DNA of 52,991 bases, filler included, from Jimgerdemannia flammicorona (taxonomy: Eukaryota), in the NCBI GenBank assembly GCA_003990765.1. It is 2 parts of 2 records of this genome, joined end to end, with 100 filler letters (N's around TTAATTAATTAA, not from the genome) between each part and the next. Parts side by side here need not be neighbours in the genome. Positions count along the whole stretch, not along the records: positions 26,549 to 52,991 come from RBNJ01000727.1; 1 more part is not named here. One strand, written 5' to 3'. This document shows positions 38,729-50,530 of this stretch, piece by piece. A program made the position numbers and the translations under genes. The notes beneath the pieces were generated by a model. That model had not been told where the DNA came from. It did not search any database and was given only the letters and a program-made list of their open reading frames with translations. The stretch's first letter is position 1. Every line of letters begins with the position of its first letter.

Positions 38729-40312
38729 CTTTTAAGTCTAAAATTGTCATCCTTGTCAAATTTTATAGATGTGGAGGAATTAGTAGCTTATGCAAAAAAT
38801 AGATTACCACTTTCATCAGTTTTAGTAGTATTTATATTACCACATTTCTCTCAGTAGTTTCTGCTACTTCCACATTGCCAATGCTGGCTTTTTCTATACT
38901 TGTTTTTACTGCTTTCCTTGTCATTCTCTTAGTGATAATATTGGTACTTCCTATATCTATACTTGCCACAATATTTATAGTAGCCATCATACTTAACTGA
39001 TTGGCTAGACTGGTAGTCATATTGTTGAGCTTGGGTTTGGGTTCATTGGTCTTGTTGACTATATTTTTGATCTCATTTGGTGCTATATTTACAGAACCCA
39101 TAAAATGCCCTTTCATTATCATTTTCTTTAGTATCATTTTCTTGGTATATTTTCTCATTTATAAGATTTATTATCATATAGATATAGTCTGTAAGAGTAC
39201 CACTCTTATGTATGGCTGTGACAATAATATTATATGCATTCAAAAGTCCCCTTATAAGTACTATAATCTTATCTTTTATATATATTATATGCTATAACCT
39301 TATCTGCAATCTGCAGATATACTGAGAGAATTCACTTGATTTATCAGATCATCAATGTGACTAATATATTTATAGATGCTCTTCTTAGGCTTTATTCAAA
39401 GATTAAATAGCTGAGATTTTAGATGGAATCTATTCAATGTAGATACTTATATAATGATTGTGTAGAGCTTCTTATACTTTATTGGCTATATTTGTATACA
39501 TTACAAGCTTTATTTATAAGTTTGATAATATAAATGTGATCTTGTATAATACTTGGCAATCATTTGTAAATTGTAGTCTTGAATCTACACTTGTGACTTT
39601 ATATACTCTGCCAAGCTATATTTTTTAAGCTGATTCATCATATAGAATATCTAAATGATATAATCTTTTCTATTAAAGATTGGAATAGATCTCTTGACTA
39701 TATTTATACTTATAACAGAGACTGCTCCTATTACTAGAGTGCTTATTGTTAGCATATCCATATTGCTAGGTTGTTCATTGCTTGATATTTCTAGTGTATA
39801 TAATTGTATAGTATATATTTATAAGATATATATATGCTATGATTACTTAATACTAGTAGGGCTTATAACCTTTATTAGAAAGAGGGGTATTTTTATTGAA
39901 CTTGTATAGGATACATATTTTATATATTACTGATAGATGATATAAGACTAATGAAATTATCAATCATATATTAATATATTGAGTTGTTATTCCAATAGTT
40001 ATTATATAATATAAATTATAGTAGAGAAAGATTTAATATAAATTTTGTATCTTTATCAAAATCTCAAGTAATATATTAATATATCTTATCAAATTCTATA
40101 TGACTAGCTATAGGTATATTATATAATTCTTGTAGAATTTATAAATAGTATAATGGACCAAAACGTACTACCTGAATTATAACTTAGCCAGATGACATGA
40201 ACAATTAGCATACTTACTCAGCATGATATAACTTCTAGTATATTATATGTAGTTACCCATGCCTACTACACTTATAATTAGCCAAGACACCAGATCAGGA
40301 TTATTTATCTGT

Positions 40313-40405
40313 ATCCTGAGGACACACTCATGTCCTGCGGACACACTCATGTTCTGCAGATATACTCATATCCTGTGGACACACCTGTACCTAGAGAACA
40401 CACCC
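40313..40405 (+). repeat. 19-bp tandem repeat (GTCCTGxGGACACACTCAT, ~5 copies) in G3 U3; also at ~49304-49396
   Basis: Visible in both LTRs. Confidence 0.85.
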
Positions 40406-41492
40406 AAACATTACCGGAGATAGCAAATCTATAGTTAGCCACATAGTAACCAGATAGCAACCAACTTGTATAAATTACCCCAGAGACAAGAGTAAATAAA
40501 CCTCAGTCCAAATTGAAGTACAAACCAAAGAAGCCTTTAAAGATTGAGCAATTGGTCTCCTTATTCCCACTCCAGTCCACTTTCTGATACAAAGATTGAT
40601 TGGTTTGCTTGCCAGATAAGTCTGAAGATTTGCCACCTAAGTTCAAGAAGAACTTCACCACCTTTTGAGTAACCTGCTGCTTAAGGAATAAGCTGCTGTT
40701 TTCAAGTTATCCTCTACCTTCCCAAGAAAGCCGCCTTACTCAAGCCAGTTTCTTATGCAACTTCGCAGTGGAGCCAGTCTATGATGTAACCCCATGCAAA
40801 TGAAGCCAGTCTTTAATGCAACTTTGCCAAGAGACCCTTTCCCAGTTGAAGCCATCATTTCCGAGTTATCCACATTCCCAGTCAAAGCTGCCGATTCAGG
40901 AAGAATCTGTGCCATCCGAGTTATTTTCTAAAAGCCCACCAATTCAGGAGAATCTGTGTCACCCACTGTTTTCAAGTTGTTCACATTCCCAGAAAACCCA
41001 CACCACCCGAGCTATTATTCCCAGAAGAACTGACCAAGTTATTTGTTATTCCCAGTGAGCCAAATTGAGTTATCTGCCAAATTATCAGAATGTCCTATAT
41101 AAGGAACCCGTCGTGCTATACAAAAATCACCTGTCACCCAAGAAGGAGAACTACCAAATTATCAGACCATCATGTACAGAGATCATCATACTACACAAGA
41201 CTGTCACTCAGAAATCACATCCTTTTGGAAATTGCCTCACTACACAAATTGTGCCATTCCCAGTTGACCCAAGAAGGAAAAGACATACAAATTGCCGCTA
41301 CACCCAGTGAACTGTCCCAATAAGGAAATTGCTCACAGATATCCAGCTTTGACTATTATACCACTAAACACCAAGGATCTCAGAAATCTTAGAACATTTT
41401 GTTGCTTTTTAACAAAGTAACTAGGGGCTCAAGCCAAACTACATCAACCCCCAATCTTGTAATTTGCCTCCATTGAGCTGGCACGTTATATT

Positions 41493-41509
41493 TGAGGGCT
41501 CAACTGGGA
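41493..41509 (+). promoter_or_regulatory. Primer binding site, probably tRNA-Pro
   Basis: TGAGGGCTCAACTGGGA here and TGGGGGCTCAACTGG in copy B; resembles the tRNA-Pro PBS TGGGGGCTCGTCCGGGAT. Confidence 0.7.
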
Positions 41510-44390
41510 AGATTTTAAAATCAAAGTGACTTTTCAGCTCACAAGAACCCACAGTCAAACTGAATATATTTGATACAACACCAACCTCTGCCACTATAGG
41601 AGAACTAGTCATCACTAGCATTTGGACAGGAAGATAAGTAATCACCTCAAGACTTGCCAACTACCCAGCATCAGAAGAATCCCAACCAGAAGCAGGAGGC
41701 AGTACAGTCTGAAATCTCCAACCAGACCAACCAGATCAACCAGATCAACCAGATCAACCAGACAATATAGACAGTTCTGCTAGAGATTTTGGAGAACTTG
41801 CACAAGAACTAGAAGACTTTATTACCCAGACCCAACATTTTACAGCCAGACACCCCACACCAGTCCCACCAATCTCACCAATAGAACCCCTACTACAACT
41901 CCTTACAGAATCAGAAGTAGTTCCTACAAGAATACCTAGGCCTATTCCACCTCACCCAAGGACCAGAACCCCATCTTCAAGATATCCAAGCACCCTCGTC
42001 TCTAGTGACAGTTCAGAAAGTAAATCAGAATCAGAATCTGAACCTATACCAGAATCAGAAGAAAGTGACAATGAAATGGCCACCTCATTGCCAACCTTTG
42101 CAGGATACCTGGAGGAGGACCCCAGAGAATTCCTTGATGGAATTGAAGGAATTGCAGTCTTGAGAAATCTCTCAGATGAAAGAAAAATCACCATCTACAA
42201 AGCCCAGCTCAGAGAACCAGCCAGAGGAATTTTCCATTGAATAGCAAACAACCAAGATTCAGAACTAGCAAGACAGATACAAGCAGGAATGTCTGATGAG
42301 CTAGAATATGAAGCCATGGTCCACTGGCTCATCAAAAAGTATGCAGAAAACGAAACCTGCCACAAGGCTCAGGAATCTATCATGGGAATGAAGATGAATC
42401 TTGGAGAATCGCCCAGAGCCTTCTTCACAAGAATCCAGAAGAGAATGCATTCTGCTGGGTTCAATGCCACCAACCAAGACATCATAGGTCCAATGACCTT
42501 CATGAATGGAATTTCTCTGAATATTGCCCAGCATGTCTGCACTCTAGGCATCAGAAGGTCTGAAGAGCAAGTAGATGTAGCCCAAGGATTCTTTGATATC
42601 AGGCAAGGAACTACCTGGAGTGATCATGACAAGAAGGAAGATAAGGAAGATATCCTGGTTAAAGCCCTATAAGGACTCCTTCAAGAATAAGAAAGATCTG
42701 AAGAAAGAAGGCCAGCCAAGGAAGGAAAGAAGGACAGAAGCAAAATCCAAGACCTTAGCTCCAAGTTAGACTGATTGGTTGGCTAGATTGAAAAACTCAC
42801 TACATGTGAAAATTGGAGCTACCAAGACAACAGAGGATACCCACTGCAGAGGAGCCAAGGTTATCTACCAAGAGATAATAGGAATTACCAGCAAGAAGAA
42901 AGAAGGTACCCTGTCTGAGACAGAGCCCAAGTTCAATGCTTCCACTGTGGACAATTTGGACACTATGCCACTGAATGTGATAACAAAAGAAGTGACAGAA
43001 GGGACTCAGAACTAGCAAACCAAAGGAATGACACTCAGTACAAAAAGACTGAAGCCCATTCTGTTGAAGATTTCAAAGAAGCAAGTGACAGTGAAGACTA
43101 CAGTGACCTAGACTTGTACCCCACTAGGGTTACAACCCAAAAAACAGTCTATCCAGCAGAGAAAAGTAAGAGACCCATAGGAAGACCATCCAGGAACACC
43201 AGCAGAAGAATTATCCAAGAAGAGGATGAAGAACATGAGGAGGAACAAGTAGAAACACCTCCCTGAACCCCCTCACCTTTTGTCCCCAAGACAAATGAGT
43301 TGCTACCAGAAGATGAAGAAATGGAACAAGAAGAACAGGAACCTGTTGCTCCAAAGTCTAAGAAGAAGTACACTCCAAAGACCACGCCTAGAGATATTTA
43401 CAATGAAGCTTGGCAGAAGATTCAAGAAGCCAAGATGGAAGTTCCTCTTCTACAGTTCTTGCAATTGACACTAGCTGGAGTCTGAAACAAATTGCTGAGA
43501 ACCACTAGGTCTAGCACTGGCCAAGTTCCAATCCCACAGCAAGAACCAGCTCCTATCTCTGTTCAAGCAGCTGAAAGACATGTCAGCACCTACCTACATG
43601 GAGATATTGGAGGACAAAAAGCGAAAATCCTCATAGACACAGGAGCAGTAGTCTGTGTTATTGCCAAATGATTCTTGGACACCCTCCAATGGCCCATTGA
43701 TAGACCATCCAACCTTAGCATCATAGTAGCAGATGGAGCCCGAACTCAACCCCTTGGAGAAGTATGAAATATCACCATTTCTCTTGGACACATTTAGTTC
43801 TCTATCCCCAAAGCTGTTGTCACTGAAGCTGTCACCTATGACATGATTCTTGGCACCAACTGGATGAAGGAAATGAATACAGTTGTTGATATCAGCCAAT
43901 AAGTACTCAAGTTTGACTACTGAGGCAAGAAGTACAGAGTTAAGGTGACCAGCTATGAGCAATCAAAGAAGAAGAAGAAGGTCACTATTCAGAAAGAATA
44001 TGCCAGCAGTGAAGAATCTACCACAGAAGAAGAAGAAGAATCCGAAGATGGAAATGATCCCAGACTCAATCCCTGAATTAACCTGGTGGATGACAGACCA
44101 GAAGACAATGTGTGGGTTAAGAACACCATCCCCATCACCATTGGAGCCATTGCAGGAGAAGCTAAAGGATGCCCTATATGTCTCAAGAGATACAAGTGTC
44201 CCAAGCACTCCTCCAAGATCATGGGAACAAGGAAATCGCCTGGCGCAGCCTGCCCAGAATACAGAAGAAAGAAGAAATGCAGACATGTCTCAGAAACACT
44301 AGCAACTGAAGCTGCAGAAGTACAAGCAATTTGGGGTTAAGAATCATCTGAGGAAGAAGAACTTCTGACCAAGAAGTTCCTGAACAAGAA

Positions 44391-44515
44391 CCACCTGAAG
44401 AAGAAGAGGTCTCAGAACTCATTCCCTGGGATGACCCTCATTGGACACCACCTGAAGAAGAAGAGGTCCCAGAACTCATTCCCTGGGATGACCCTCGCTG
44501 GACACCACCTGAAGA
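44391..44515 (+). repeat. 57-bp coding tandem repeat (PPEEEEV(S/P)ELIPWDDP(H/R)WT, ~2.2 copies)
   Basis: Units start at 44391, 44448, 44505. Confidence 0.9.
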
Positions 44516-45319
44516 CAATGACCCTTGGAATACAAAAGAAGAACCCAGTACAATCACCATTATTCCCAAGAAAGAAACTCACCAAGAAAAGGCTTTCTGA
44601 CTAGGAAGATGTCCACATCAAATGGTCTTCCACTCTCCCCGAGACTACTGCTATCAGTATCATCTGTTGGACCAACAAGAAAGACAGAGACCCCAGAGAC
44701 CAGAACCCCCAACTACTCTTGCACAGTCAACCACTTTTCAAGAAGTTACCACAAGGTTACAAAGTTGATTTAGAGGATAAGGCTTCTTTACCCAGACAGA
44801 AATATATCCCTTGTCTACTCTTCCACCCACCTATGATCAAGATGGGTACCAATTCCCAAGACAACAAGAGATCAACAGCCAGGAAAACCATTTCTGAGCA
44901 ATGGGATATTGTAATCATGGAAGACACCCTGATTGCCGAGACTGCAGATATCAGAAGATTCACCTCAGTCATGATGTTGCAGTGCACACCTTGAAGAAAG
45001 GAGATAACTGGAGCTGGATCCAAAAAAGTCAGATTCGAAAAAGCCAGACCAAGAAGCCTGGAAAAAGAATTCTCAAGATCTACGATTTGGGAGAAGACAT
45101 CCTAGCTCTCATCAGACATACAACCCACCAAGGATGGGCAGAAGATACCACCAACTTCATGGAAGCCCTTGACCCTATAGAAAGGAGGGGAATCAATTAC
45201 CTCTGAGACTCCTCTACTGGAGCCAGATGGCCACACCTCAACCTTAGAGCTTGGAGGCTTTCTACTAGTGGAGCTTCAGTCTCAGAAAAGCCTGAACTCA
45301 GCAAGGACATTGCCCAGTA

Positions 45320-45720
45320 TGTCCTGCTGCACCCCAAGGCCAAACCCCTGACCAAAGCCCACCCAGAGGATGTAGGATATGATATTCACAGCCTGGAGGA
45401 TGATCTATCAAGCCTGGAAAAACCTTCATAGTCAGAACTGGATTAGCTATGCAGCCATCTCAAGGAGCTTATATTCAACTGACCTCAAGGTCCGAACTTG
45501 CCAGACAAGGAATAACTGTAGAAGGAGGAACCATTGACCCTGGATATACAGGAGAAATCAAGGTTATCCTACACAACAGCAGTGCAGAATGGCACCGAAT
45601 CATTAGAGGACAGAAGATTGCCCAAGTAGTCTTCATGAAGGTCAAGACCCCACAGTTACAGGAAGTCTCTGGACTAACTGAAGGAATAAGACAAGCCAAG
45701 GGATTTGGAAGTTCAGATAG
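45320..45720 (+). pseudogene. dut: dUTPase domain in G3, between PR and RT (one frameshift near 45405)
   Basis: DVGYDI, SRSELA, GGTIDPGYTGEIKV, KIAQ, RQAKGFGSS. Confidence 0.95.
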
Positions 45721-48594
45721 GAAAGAGGTACATCTCCTTCAAGTCAACCACCTCAAGAGGAATGTTCCCCAGCAAGTATACTGGCAACCAGTCAGACTGC
45801 ACAAGAATCTCATCCTGGAACCTGGAGAACAAACTACCTTCGAAATATTTGTACTACCTGACCCCAGGAACCTTTTCTTTGAACCCAAGGAAGATATCCC
45901 ACACCTGGACATAGAGAGACACACATTCCCTGACAAGATGAATCCAGTACACTCCCAGGCAACCAACCAAAGTTGGGAGACCATCATCCTGCCAAAAGGA
46001 ACCATCATAGGACATCTGGTACCTTTTCTCAACTGAACTTATAGGGAAGTTTATGAACTAAACTTATTAGGAAATGGCAAAAGGTCCCAGAAGAAAGGAA
46101 AGGCCCCTCTGTGACCCAGGAGACAGTGAAGCCTTCCACCAACATTGGAGAAGAATTGACACCTCAACAATAGCAACAACTAGTAGAACTTCTCAACAAA
46201 TATCAAGATATCTTCACCACCAATTATGGCAACCTGCCATACAACCCATCATATCACCACAGCATAAATACAGGAAGTACAACACCCATCTAGCAGAAAC
46301 CCTATAGAATACCCCATCACTTAAAAACATTCGAAAAAGAGCACATACAAGAACTTTTAGACAATGGAGTCATCCAACCCTCTACCAGCCCCTGGGCCAG
46401 CCCTATACTTATTGTACCAAAGAAAGGAGGATGGAGGCTCTGCATGGATTACAGAAAACTCAACTCAGTCACTGAAAAGGATGCTTATCCTTTGCCCAGA
46501 ATCAATGACCTTTTGGACTAGTTACAAGATGCCAGATACTTCAGTAGTATGGATCTCTTCACAGGATTCCATAAAATCCCCATGGACCCCAAGGACATTC
46601 AAAAGACAGCCTTCCTTACTCCAGGAAAACTGTTTGAATACCTCTGAATACCCTTTGGACTTTACAATGCACCCCCCACCTTCCAGAGGATGATGAACTC
46701 AGTCTATGCCCCCTTAATACACTACTGTCTGATTGTATACGTAGATGATTCCAACATCTATTCAGCAAATTTCAAAGAACACCTGTACCACCTAGAGGAA
46801 TTCTTCAAGCTCACCTGCAAGAATCACCTAAGACTGAATGCAAAGAAATGCTACTTTGGAAAACAGAAACTTGAATTCCTGAGATTCATGGTTTCAAAAG
46901 AAGGAACTCATGCAGACCTAAAGAAAACCGAGAAGATCAACAATTGGCCAGTACCCAAGACTCCAAAGGAAACACTATCATTCTTGATACTAGTATCCTA
47001 CTACAGAAGGTTTATCAAAGATTTTGCCCAAATCACTGCCCCAATCCGAATCCTTCTCAAAAAAGGAGTACCATTCAAATGGACAGAATCACAGGAAAAA
47101 GCCTTCAGAGAACTCAAGAACTGCATGACTACAGCACCAATCCTTGTGTGCCCCAATCTACAGAAGCCATTCATCTTATATACAGATGCTTCTAAAGATG
47201 GCCTCAGGGCAGTATTGTCTCAAGAAGGACCTGATCAACAGTACCATGTGATAGCTTATGTAAGCAGGGCTACCAACTAGCAGATGAACTATGGTAGCAC
47301 CAAACTGAAATGCCTTGCAGTCATATGGGCAGTCACCCTGTTCAAGCATTACCTCATTGGAAAAAGATTCACCCTGATCACAGACCATGCAGCCCTCAAA
47401 TGGCTATTTAATTACAAGGAACCTACTGGAATTCTAGCCTGCTGGATCTTCATCCTTCAGGATTACAAAATCACCATCATTCACAAAGCAGGAAAAGCTC
47501 ACAACAATGTTGATGTACTTTCCTGCCAGCCCTAATGAACTAGAAGAAGGGTGTCCCAAGGAACTACACCCTAAAGGAAGCTCCTCAGACCATCAAGGAA
47601 CAAGAAAATCTCATCTGACAAGAACACCAGAAAGCCCACCAAGGACAGACATGCATAGAAGACAAGATTCGAAAACAACATCAACATTGGCTCCACCTCA
47701 GAACCTAAGTCTGAGACATCATTCAGAAATGTGACATCTGTCAGAAGTATCAAGGAAAAAAGAACTATCAAGCCCCTCTGCAACTGATTCCTGCACCCAC
47801 TCACATCTTCCAAAGATGGGGAGTAGATGTAATTAGACCTCTACCAGTTACACTAAGAAGAAACAAATACATTCTTATATTTGTAGAACATCTGACCAAG
47901 TGGCCCAAGGCTTTCCCAATGGAAATTGCAGATGCCTTAACTATTGTAGGCCTCCTCTATAGACTCATACTCAGATATGGACCTCTAGAAGAACTCATCT
48001 CTGACTGAGGCACAGAATTCATCAACAACATAACAAGTTATGCCCAAATTCACAAGATCCACCTCAAAAGGACCACATCATACCACCCTCAGACTAATGG
48101 CATGATAGAGAGAATGAACCAGACTATCAAGAAAGGACTTGCCTGAGTCAATTCTACTAATTGGGACCTCTGCTTACCTGAGATCCTATGGGAAATTCAG
48201 AACACCCCTGCCACATCCACTAAACAAAAGCCATTCGAAATGATGTTTGCCAAGAGAACCAGAACTACTGATCATGAGAATCTCAGAGACCTCCTCAAGA
48301 AGGCAGAACAGTTACGAAATCAAGCCCAAAGACAGATTATCAAAGTCCAGGAAAGACAAAAGAAGTACTATAACCAAAAACAGAAGGATCAGGAGATCAA
48401 GATTGGAGATCAAGTCCTAGTTTGGAGAAGTATGATTGAGACAAACTTTGCTACCAAACTAGAACCGAAATGGGAAGGACCTTATCTTGTACACAACATC
48501 AGAGGAACCAGCATCTATTTAAGAAGCATGGATGGATGAACTCTGAGAACACCAGTACACATCAATCGCCTCAAGATATACTTCTCCTCACACC

Positions 48595-49104
48595 ATGAAT
48601 CAGAGAATTGACAACTGCCTCCAAACTCTTGTTCTCAGTTCCCTCCAAGCCCTACCAGTTCCCCTGCCTCAGTTCCAGGAACCCAATGGAACATATCTTC
48701 AGAAAATTCAAGTTTATCAAGAGAACCTCACTTTGGCTGAGAGGCTACTCCAGGTCCACCAGCTGCAGGCATATTATGCAATTGGAGAACAATTGCAGAA
48801 TCTTCCTCTCCCAGACCTAGCCTATATCTAAAACACCACTGGCCTGAACAGAAGGAATACTACTGCTACAGACAGACTATATACAATATATAAACAAAAT
48901 CCTTCTGCCTTAATCCAGGCCCAGTTTTCCCTAAATGACCTCCAAAGGATGATACTGCCCACCTACCTCAGCATTATTTACCAAGTGGAGATCCTATTTC
49001 CTGAGGAAGAAGAAGAGCCCCTAGAATGGAGTGACCATAGCTCAGATGATGATGGAACAGGTATAGATGCAGAAGCTGCTTATGCCTATTGGGATGATGA
49101 CTGA
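48595..49104 (+). pseudogene. G3 ORF3 (env position, 169 codons, one internal TAA at 48829-48831), acidic C-terminus, unknown function
   Basis: ATG overlaps the pol end (HINRLKIYFSSHHESEN*); frame continues to TGA 49104, just before the PPT. Confidence 0.8.
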
Positions 49105-50530
49105 AGAATAGTCTGAGACAGACTACCCTTCAGTGGGGGCTGATGTAATAGACTAAAACATACCACCTGAATTATAACTTAGCCAAATGATGTGAACAAT
49201 TAGCATACTTACTCAGCATGATGTGACTTCCAGTGTATCATAGTTACCCATGCCTGCCACACTTATAATTAGCCAAGACACCAGATCAGGATTATTTACC
49301 TGTGTCCTGAGGACACACTCATGTCCTGCAGACATACTCATGTTCTACAGACACACTTATGTCCTGTGGACACACCTGTACCCAGAGGACACACCCAAAC
49401 ATTACCAGAGATAGCAAATCTATAGTTAGCCATATAGTAACCAGATAGCAACCAACTTGTATAAATTACCCCAGAGACAAGAGTGAATAAACCTCAGTCC
49501 AAATTGAAGTGCAAACCAAAGAAGCCTCTAAAGATTGAGCAATTGGTCCCCTTATTCCCACTTCAGTCCACTTTCTAATATAAAGATTGATTGGTTCGCT
49601 TGTCAGATAAGCCTGAAGATTTGCTGCCTAAGTTCAAGAAGAACTTCACTGCCTTTTGAGTAACCTGCCACTTAAGGAATAAGCTGCCATTTTCAAGTTA
49701 TCCTCTACCTTCCCAAGAAAGCTGCCTTGCTCAAGCCAGTTTCTGATGCAACTTTGCAGTGGAGCCAGTCTATGATGTAACTCTGTACAAATGAAGCCAG
49801 TCTTTAATGCAACTTTGCCAAGAGACCCTTTCCCAGTTGAAGCCATCATTTTCGAGTTATCTGTATTTCCAGTTGAAGTCACCAATTCAGGAAGAATCCG
49901 CGCCATCATATTCCCAGTTGAAGCTGCCAATTCAGGAAGAATCCATACCATCCAAGTTATTTCCTAAAAGCCTGCCAATTCAGGAGAATCCGCATCACCT
50001 GCCGTTTTCAAGTTGTCCACATTCCCAGAAAACCCGTGCCACCCAAGCTATTATTCCCAGAAGAACTAACTGAGTTGTTTATTATTCCCAGTGAGCCAAA
50101 TCGAGTTATCTGCCAAATTATCAGAATGTCCCACATAAGGAACCCGTCACACTACATAAAAATCACCCACCACTCAAGAAGGAGAACTACCAAATTACCA
50201 GACCGTTATGCACAGAGATTGTCGTGCTACACAAGACCATCACCCAGAAATTGCATCCTTTTGGAAATTACCTTACTATACAAATTGTGCTATTCCCAGT
50301 TGACCCAAGAAGGAAAAGATATACAAATTGCTACTACACCCAGAGAACTGTCCCAATAAGGAAATTGCTTGTAGATATCCAGCTTTGACTATTATACCAC
50401 TAAACACCAAGGACCTCAGGAATCTTAGAACATTTTGTTGCTTTTTAACAAAGTAACTGGGGGCTCAAGCCAAACTACATCAATCCCCAACCTTGTAATT
50501 TGCCTCCATTGAGCCGGTATGTTACAATAG

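Larger units (their letters stand above)
28790..39870 (-). mobile_element. Decayed Ty1/copia element, split by gypsy G2 (in RT) and LINE-3 (in RNase H)
   Basis: PBS-like GGTTATAAGCCC 39870-39859; PR WLIDSG ~38430; INT EKNGMA..YWAEA ~37450-37550; RT IDYNEIFS..ELYI/YKPQGY rejoined across G2; RPDISYA, AIKRIFRYLK ~29000-29100; RNase H DWAKDLD ~28890. Confidence 0.9.
40149..50526 (+). mobile_element. Gypsy G3: complete 10.4-kb LTR retrotransposon (gag-ZnK-PR-insert-dUTPase-RT-RH-INT-ORF3)
   Basis: LTRs 40149-41490 and 49144-50526; 4-bp TSD ATAG (40145-40148, 50527-50530); CFHCGQFGHYATEC 42937-42978; ILIDTGA ~43630; YVDD 46738-46749; YTDAS; YHPQTNG; KWEGPY; PPT 49132-49143. Confidence 0.96.

Noticed and set aside
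37155..39909. Hydrophobic Ile/Leu/Tyr-rich plus-strand ORFs as membrane proteins
   Set aside because: Antisense by-products of AT-rich decayed copia sequence.
40313..40405. CRISPR-like array
   Set aside because: Head-to-tail 19-bp repeats without unique spacers, inside a eukaryotic LTR.
40816..41323. ORFs within the G3 LTRs (also 49807-50359, and 29936-30157/36154-36405 in G2)
   Set aside because: Short, often non-ATG, similar only because LTRs are duplicated; no motifs.
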